From: Eledone cirrhosa
Taxonomy: Eukaryota
Direction of reading: 5' to 3'
NCBI GenBank assembly: GCA_964016885.1
Contig: OZ024744.1
Location: forward strand, 45,942,001 to 46,006,000
Length of the DNA stretch: 64,000 nucleotides
A model generated the notes under the pieces. The model made no database searches. It was not told the DNA's origin and saw nothing but the letters and a program-made list of their open reading frames with translations. The position numbers were made by a program, and so were the translations under genes. This document shows positions 52,841 to 64,000 of this stretch, one piece after another; positions within the stretch are counted from its first letter, which is position 1, and each line of letters starts with the position of its first letter.

Positions 52841-53084
52841 GGGTTGAAAAATTTGCAAAACAAATATATATATATATATGTATAGAGTGTTTGTAAATTC
52901 TGTACCATACAGTTTTGTCAGCACAAGTATTAGTTATAACTCCTACAAATAAAATTAAAGGTGAATAATTTTAGAATAAACAAGTTTTATTCAAAATATT
53001 AACAACATTGGTGGCAGTGTTTTGGGTGAGTGATATGGTTTTTTATCTTGTCTGATTGTGTTTGTGTTGCATTAAGTAACCTTT

Positions 53085-55133
<2,049 letters not shown>

Positions 55134-56177
55134 GTTTCTTTTTCCCTTGGCAGAATTTACAGATGTTATTCTTGTGTTATTTTTTATATTATATTCATAA
55201 AAATATTTCCTCTGCTATATTTCCCCCAAATGTGACCTGTCAAGATCTGAAGATGATGCAAACTTCTTTCTGATCCAAGTTTAGTTAAGATTCTAAATCA
55301 TCTTGTAAATATTTCAGATGGTGACGAAATGATATTTTTCCAAGAAACACAGTTCTGAGGAAATATTTCACAGTAACTCTGCCAAAGATTTATATAAATA
55401 GTGTTATATGAGTTCCGTATCAAAAGCTTTAGTCTTGAAATGATGATAAATAAAGGGGATGTATTCAAGATTAAAAAATAATTTCATCCCAATGTCATCT
55501 GATATTCTGAAATAAGAAAGAAACCGGATGAGATAATATAGAATACTTTAGAATCAGAGATAGATTTAACATTGGAAATGTATATTTCTATATTGATAAT
55601 CTGTAGATATCAACATTCATGTCCAGAGTTATTCTCTCCAATGTAAGCAGTAGTATTCCAGCATGCTCTATAAATTTTATCTTTCTGACTCTTGGGAGGT
55701 CTGCCCTATAGCCTTTACCCAGGAACTTTATTCTTATATGACATTCTAACATGGGAATTGTCTGAGACCTGAGATGTGTAACTTGACAGTTACTTGAGTA
55801 ACAGTTCTTTCTACCTGGAAGGGAAAAATGCTGTGCAACTGCTCAATAACAGTCAAAGTATTCTCACACAAGGGTACCCTAGGCACCCCACCAACATGAC
55901 TTGTGTTAGTCCTGTAGACACAATTAGTGGGAATTTTATTTGCAGGGATTTCCATAATTTTGGCGTTTTTTTCTCTTCTGGTTGGATGCCCTTCCTCTCA
56001 TCAACCCCTTTACAGCAAGGACTGGGTGTATTGTTCGTGGTACTAGAGAGGTTATTTTACTGGACTTAAGAGCTCTCTACCCGGTATCAGTTTCTATTTC
56101 AAGTGTCTACAATGATGATGATATATACATATATATATATGTACAAATATATATATATATATACACATATATATATA

Positions 56178-56431
56178 CTAGCAGATGTACCCGGCGTTGC
56201 TCGGGAAATGAATGACAGCCTGAATTGTTTAAGGTCGTTTATGGCTTAGCTAGCAATTTCTGAGTGCATGTCAGCTAATTGGCTAGCCAATGAGAGGTCG
56301 CCTCAATAGCACGTGCCAAATCAGCCTAGTACTTCAAAAGTTAAAAGGAGCCTAGTATTTGTACATAGACAAACACACACACAGACAGACACACGCACAC
56401 ACACAGACCGACTTGCTTTTATATATATTGA
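56178..56431 (-). mobile_element. Short non-autonomous Helitron-like element (duplicate of 8997-9248)
   Basis: a|CTAGcagatgtacccggcgttgctcggg terminus. Confidence 0.65.
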
Positions 56432-56458
56432 TGTACAAATATATATATATATACACTT

Positions 56459-58559
56459 AAAAGAAGACGATTTAGATATACACGAAAAAGAGACATATGA
56501 CATAGATAATAACTGGAATTTCTTACGTGACAACTTACTGCAGGCTACTGATGAAACTTGTGGCTGGAGCAGTGTTCCGACCAGATAGAGAGTGACCTGG
56601 TGGTGGAACAGCATGGTAGATAAGGCCATTAGAGACAAAAGACTAGCATGGAAGGCTTGGAAAAAGGGTGGGAGTAGAGACAGATACACAGCTGCTAAGA
56701 AGCTAGAGGTCAGGTGTACTTAGCACGCACGGAGGCTGAGAGTAGGAGGTTTGCCAATGTTCTGCGACGGGAAGATCAGAGGCGTGCAGTGTTCCACATT
56801 GCAAGGCAGTGTGTCAATGCAAATCAGGATGTTGTTGGAGATGACTGTGTCCGGAATGATGCCAGTGTACTTAGTGTCACGAATGATCGGAAAAAGAAGG
56901 CCTGGAAATGTCATTATGAGAGGCTGATGAATGTGGAGAATGAATGGGAGAGAGGGAAATTATCCCTAGTAGACCCGACTGAGGGACCAGCTATTGAGAT
57001 TGACGAATATAGGGTCCAAGAGGCGATTAGGGAAATGAAAAATGGTAAGGCGGCCGGACCATCGGGAATAGTTGCTGAGATGCTGAAGGCATCAGGAGAC
57101 GTAGGCACTAAACTGGTTGCACGCATCATCCAAGGTATATATGGTGGTGTCATACCCAAAGACTGGTGCAGCAGTATTCTCATAAATTGCTACAAAGGTA
57201 AAAGGGATGCTCTGGAGTAATTATAGGGATATAAAACTGATGGATCAGGTTATGAAAGTGGCAGAAAGGATATTAGCACAACTAATTAGAGAAAGGGTCA
57301 AACTAGATGAGATGCAGTTTGGTTTTGTGCCTGGAAAGAGTACAACAGATGCCCTCTTCTTGATGAGACAATTGCAAGAGAGGTTCTTAGAGAAAAATAA
57401 GCCACTATACTTAGCCTTTGTTGACCTAGAGAAGGCCTTTGATAGTGTACCCCGATCTGTCATCTGGTGGTCCCTAAGGAAACTAGGTGTAGAGGAATGG
57501 CTTGTGAAGACAATGCAAGATTTGTACAGGGGTGCTGTCAGTAAAGTCAGGGTAGGAATGGAGTTTAGTGAGGAATTCCAGATACAAGTAGGAGTACATC
57601 AAGGTTCGATCCTCAGCCTTCTCTTGTTCATTATAGTCCTCCAAGCCATAACAGAGGAGTTTAAGACTGGCTGTCCATGGGAACTTCTCTATGCTGACGA
57701 TCTGGTTCTTATAGCAGAAACAGTAGAGGAGCTAGAGAATAAATTCTGGCTATGTAAACAGCAGTTGGAAGCAAGAGCACTGAGAGTGAATCTAGCTAAG
57801 ACAAAAGTGTTGATGAGTAGAAAAGAGGACAAAACTCTGATTCCGTCATGTTCGATATGCAGAAAAGGAACTGGCATAAATTCTATAAAATGCCCACAAT
57901 GCAGATCCTGGGTATACAAGAGATGTAGCAGCCAAACTAACAGGTAGGTAGAAATATGTATGCAGTAGATGTACAGGGAAATTAGACAGTAGAAGTCGCA
58001 TTGATAGACACATTTTTCAAATGCAGGCGGGTGCTATAGAAGTGGTGGATAGCTTCCGGTACCTAGGAGATCAGATTAGCATGGGAGGGGGGGGGGGGGG
58101 CGAGGCCATAGTATCTAGAATAAGGACGGGCTGGAAGAAGTTTAGGGAGCTGCTTCCTCTGCTGACGAAGAAGGGTTTCTCCCTGCGTACGAAAGGCCGG
58201 TTATATGATGCCTGTGTGAGGAGTGCGATGCTCCATGGTAGTGAGACATGGGCAGCAACTGCAGAGGATATGCGACGGCTGGAGAGAAATGAGGTAAGCA
58301 TGCTCCGTTGGATGTTCAGTGTTAATGTGCGTAAATGACCCAGCATGAATGTGTTGAGAGAGAAACTGTCTGAGAGGGATAGAATGTAGTGTGTGAAAGA
58401 GGAGACTGAGGTGGTATGGACATGTGATGTGCATGGAAGATGACCGATGGGTGAAGAAGTTCCAGGAAATACCAGTTGAAGGAAGACGTGGTAGAGATAG
58501 ACCACAAAAAGAGGTGGTGAGAACAGAACTCAGATCACTGATGCTCACAGTGGAGATGA
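56459..58559 (+). mobile_element. Degenerate RTE LINE (duplicate of 9254-11425, 3' end deleted)
   Basis: ORFs 56714-57220, 57207-57947, 58021-58338. Confidence 0.9.
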
Positions 58560-58860
58560 GGAGGCACATGGCTTAGTGGTTTCAGCATTGGCCTTGCAAT
58601 CCAAAAGTTGTGAGTTCAATTCTCAGACCGGGTGATGTGTTGTTTCCTTGAGCAAGACACTTCGCATTGCTCCAGTTTACTCAGCTGTAGAAATGAGATG
58701 CTAGGGACTGGAGTCCCTACCATTCCACTGTAAAGTGGACGTGTAGGCGCCACGGAAAAAAAGCCCCCAGCACCCAGCTGTAGGAATGAAGCCAGAATCA
58801 GTTCCCGTCCCACCCCTGCAAGCAGGGAAAAGCGGACGTATATTGATGATGATGATGATG
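58560..58860 (+). mobile_element. tRNA-derived SINE with RTE tail (duplicate of 11435-11740)
   Basis: A/B boxes, shared tail, (TGA)n. Confidence 0.85.
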
Positions 58861-58949
58861 AAATACATATATGTGTATATATATATATGTACTTATATAT
58901 GTATACAAATATATATATATATATACACAAATACATATATATATATGTA

Positions 58950-59288
58950 CATCATCATCATCATTTTACGTCCGCTTTTCCCTGCTTGCAAGGGTGGGAC
59001 GGGAACTGATTCTGGCTTGATTTCTACAGCTGGATGCCCTTCCTAACACCAACCTCATTTACAGTGACTGCTGGGTGCATTTTTGCCGTGGCACCTCCAT
59101 GTCCACTTTGAGTGGAATGATAGGGACCCCAGTCCCTATCATCTCATTTCTACAGCTGTGTAAACTGGAGCAATGTGAAATAAAGTGTCTTGCTCAAGGA
59201 AACAACACATCACCCGGTCTGAGAATTGAACTCACAAACTATCGATTGCAAGGCCAATGCTCTAACCACTAAGCCATGTGCCTCCATG
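58950..59288 (-). mobile_element. Full-length tRNA-derived SINE with RTE tail, opposite orientation
   Basis: (CAT)n at the left, reverse-complement A/B boxes at the right; not seen in copy A. Confidence 0.85.
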
Positions 59289-59313
59289 TACATATATATA
59301 TATATATATACAC

Positions 59314-61286
<1,973 letters not shown>

Positions 61287-61949
61287 TTATATGTATCATC
61301 ATCATTTAACGTCTGCGACGCTAGCATGGGTTAGACGGGAATTGTCCCATTTCATTGATCAGGTGACCGTGTCTCACTCGTATCTGGCAGGTTTTCTACA
61401 GCTGGATGCCCTTCCTAACACCAACACATTTTATCTACATATATACATATGAAGGCTGAAAACTCTAAGAGTATTGCAATAACTTGTCAGATTATAGAGT
61501 TTGGTCCACTTTTAGGCTACGGCCAACCATACAAACTTATAACATATCCTGAACAAGCAATGCCTGTGCTTTGAAGGTTTTTTAAGTGGGGAAAGGCCTT
61601 GCACTCGACCAATCCCACTCTCTGAACATCAAAAACGCTACCCAAAAAGGAGAACTGATCAACATCATCGGATGCTTCCTAAGCCGCAGGTTTTCTTTCA
61701 GAGTTTCCTTCTCCTAGAAGGTGTTGTGACAACAACTGGAAGCCTTTCACTCCCAGGTGTAAAAAAAAAAAAAAATTCATATACATACATATATCGTTAT
61801 CATTTAATGGCCATTTTCCAAGGTAGCATGAGTTTGACGGGTTGTCCCATTTGAAGCAACTTCGGTCAGGTGACCATGTTTTGCTCATACAGAACTGTTT
61901 CTGTCTTTGTTTACATGGAGGGATGCCCTTCCTAATGCCAACCATATTT

Positions 61950-62230
61950 TTGTTCTGACACTTTACACAACCACTTTACAGTGTAGACTGGGCACTTTTT
62001 GTTCTGACACCTACACAACCACTTTACAGTGTGGACTGGGCACTTTTTGTTCTGACACCTACACAACCACTTTACAGTGTGGACTGGGCACTTTTTGTTC
62101 TGACACCTACATGACCACATTACAGTGTAGACCGGGTGCTTTTTGATGTGATACCTACAAGATCAATTTACAGTGTGGGCTGAGTGCTTTTTGTCATGAC
62201 ACTTACTATGTGGACTGGGTACTTTTTGCT
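61950..62230. repeat. 48-bp minisatellite, about 5 units
   Basis: Paralog of 17160-17860. Confidence 0.88.
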
Positions 62231-62679
62231 ATATTAAATACATCGACCCAGAAAGAAGCGTGGGGTGTGTGGAAAATCTGTAAAACTTCACAAAAGATAG
62301 AAATCCAGAATTAGTCATTTAGTTTACATAATGAGACCCCAACCCATCTTATTTTATAACATATGGCATTTCTAGTAATGCATTTTTATGTCATGTAAAA
62401 TGTTTTTTAATGTCTAAAGAAAATTGTCGCTGGAATGCGACCACTTTGAATAATATTTCACCAGATATAATAAAAATTTAATAAACAGAGGGTGTGGTGA
62501 ATCAAGAGCAGGGTGGCGGTGAAAAAAATCTGAAAAATAAATAAGTGAGGGTGGGGGAAGATTATTTGAGACAAAAGCGAGGGTGGGGGAAGATTATTTG
62601 AGATGAAAGTGAGGGTGGAGTACAATTATTTGAGACCAAAGTGAGGATGGGGGACCACTATTTGAGTTACATACACATT

Positions 62680-63172
62680 CTAGTATGGAGAAAGGAAAAC
62701 AGGGCACAAGTGCCCTCTGGGAAATGGCCATGTTCAGTGTGTAGAAAAGGAGTAGGTAGAAATTCCATTTTATGTCCCAAATGCAAACTATGGGTACATA
62801 AAAGATGTAGTTGGATTAGAGGTAAGCTATCTAAGAACGTAGATTTTGTATGTGGCCACTGCTCAGGTGCAATAAGTAGCAAGTGCACACAGGACACCAG
62901 CTCCTTCTATTGCCTAGATGGTTCTATAATGTTACTCGATATTCAATGTAGCAACAAGTGAATATTGTTATTGTAAAATAAACATTGTCAACATCACAAT
63001 TCTGGCATTATTCTTTTTATCATTCATCCACAAAAGAATACATTTATCCACTACATATGCAACAAACAAAAGGGGCCCAAGAACAGATCCCTGTGGTACA
63101 CCAGATGACATCTCATACGGTGAAGAATGCTGTCCTAGAACCATGACTACCTCTCTTCGACTGAGAGTGAAG
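62680..63172. mobile_element. RTE finger fragment (+) and CR1 RT fragment (-), duplicates of 18320-18812
   Basis: ORFs 62641-62961 and 62968-63180. Confidence 0.82.
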
Positions 63173-63284
63173 GATTTCAACCAGTTAAAAACTATACACT
63201 ATATACAGTATATATACACTATATATATATATTATATATACACTATGTACAGTATATATTATACACTATATATGTTGTCCAAGA

Positions 63285-63457
63285 GAAAGGCTATTGCTGA
63301 TACAGCTTGGCACCAGTGACATCACAAATCATTTCTACACCTGAGTAAACAATATGAAATAAAGTGTCTTGCTCAAGGAAACAACACATCACATGGTCTG
63401 AGAATCGAACTCACAACCATTTGATTGCAAGCCCAATGCTCTAACCACTAAGCCGTG
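63285..63457 (-). mobile_element. tRNA-derived SINE (duplicate of 18925-19100)
   Basis: Reverse-complement A/B boxes. Confidence 0.78.
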
Positions 63458-64000
63458 ATATGTTCCAGAACCAACCGTGATATAGAGACCACAAAGACAA
63501 CCGTTGTTTTCATAGTTTAAGCCTTAAAATACCTCTCATACATGCTTTAAGTACATATAAACTCATTAAAACACACTTTTGTATTTAAATAACAAAAACA
63601 ACCAGTAACGATCGTATAGAAACTACCACAAACCATCATACCACTAGTTTTACCAATGAGGACCATTGCCAGCCACGGTAGCCACTTGGTAATACACTGC
63701 ACATCTGCTGTGATAGGAAATTAGATACGTTCAAAAGAAATATCCGCGATGTAACGGGATCGCGAAAAGTGAACCGCGATATAGCGGGGGATTACTGTAT
63801 ATATACACACACAACATACATATATCTATAACATTTATTTCGATTTTTGACATTAAAATGTTAACTGAGAGTGTGACAACTGTTTCTTGTTTGAGGTTGT
63901 TCTAGTGGTTGAAATATAGACGGAGGTATTTTAAATAATAAAGACAGTCATGATAAAAATATATTTTATATCACATGTAACAGTGGAATCTGCTGATTGA

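Overview
AT-rich, repeat-dominated eukaryotic DNA. It is most consistent with a cephalopod (Octopus-like) C2H2 zinc-finger gene cluster; this is inferred from the [13 protein letters not shown] finger arrays, (TA)n tracts and the RTE/SINE content. Two paralogous minus-strand multi-finger ZNF loci (a pseudogene at ~6.4-8.0 kb and an open 533-aa ORF at 53.5-55.1 kb) anchor a segmental duplication (~6.4-19.9 kb vs ~53.4-64 kb). The rest is nested mobile DNA: RTE LINEs of several subfamilies (one near full length), a near full-length CR1-group LINE, a tandem Gypsy LTR element inside a Penelope-like element, non-autonomous Helitrons, tRNA-derived SINEs, MITEs, a solo LTR and minisatellites. Two observations stand out. 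First, a Pack-MULE-like element (~205-bp TIRs, 10-bp TSD, reconstructable empty site) has captured an RMND5-like first coding exon plus an L1/Tx1 3' end. Second, there are several type I hammerhead-ribozyme motifs, including a back-to-back inverted pair within a dense foldback island. Most long ORFs in the track are artefacts of microsatellites or antisense TE frames. Family names come from motif recognition, not database searches.
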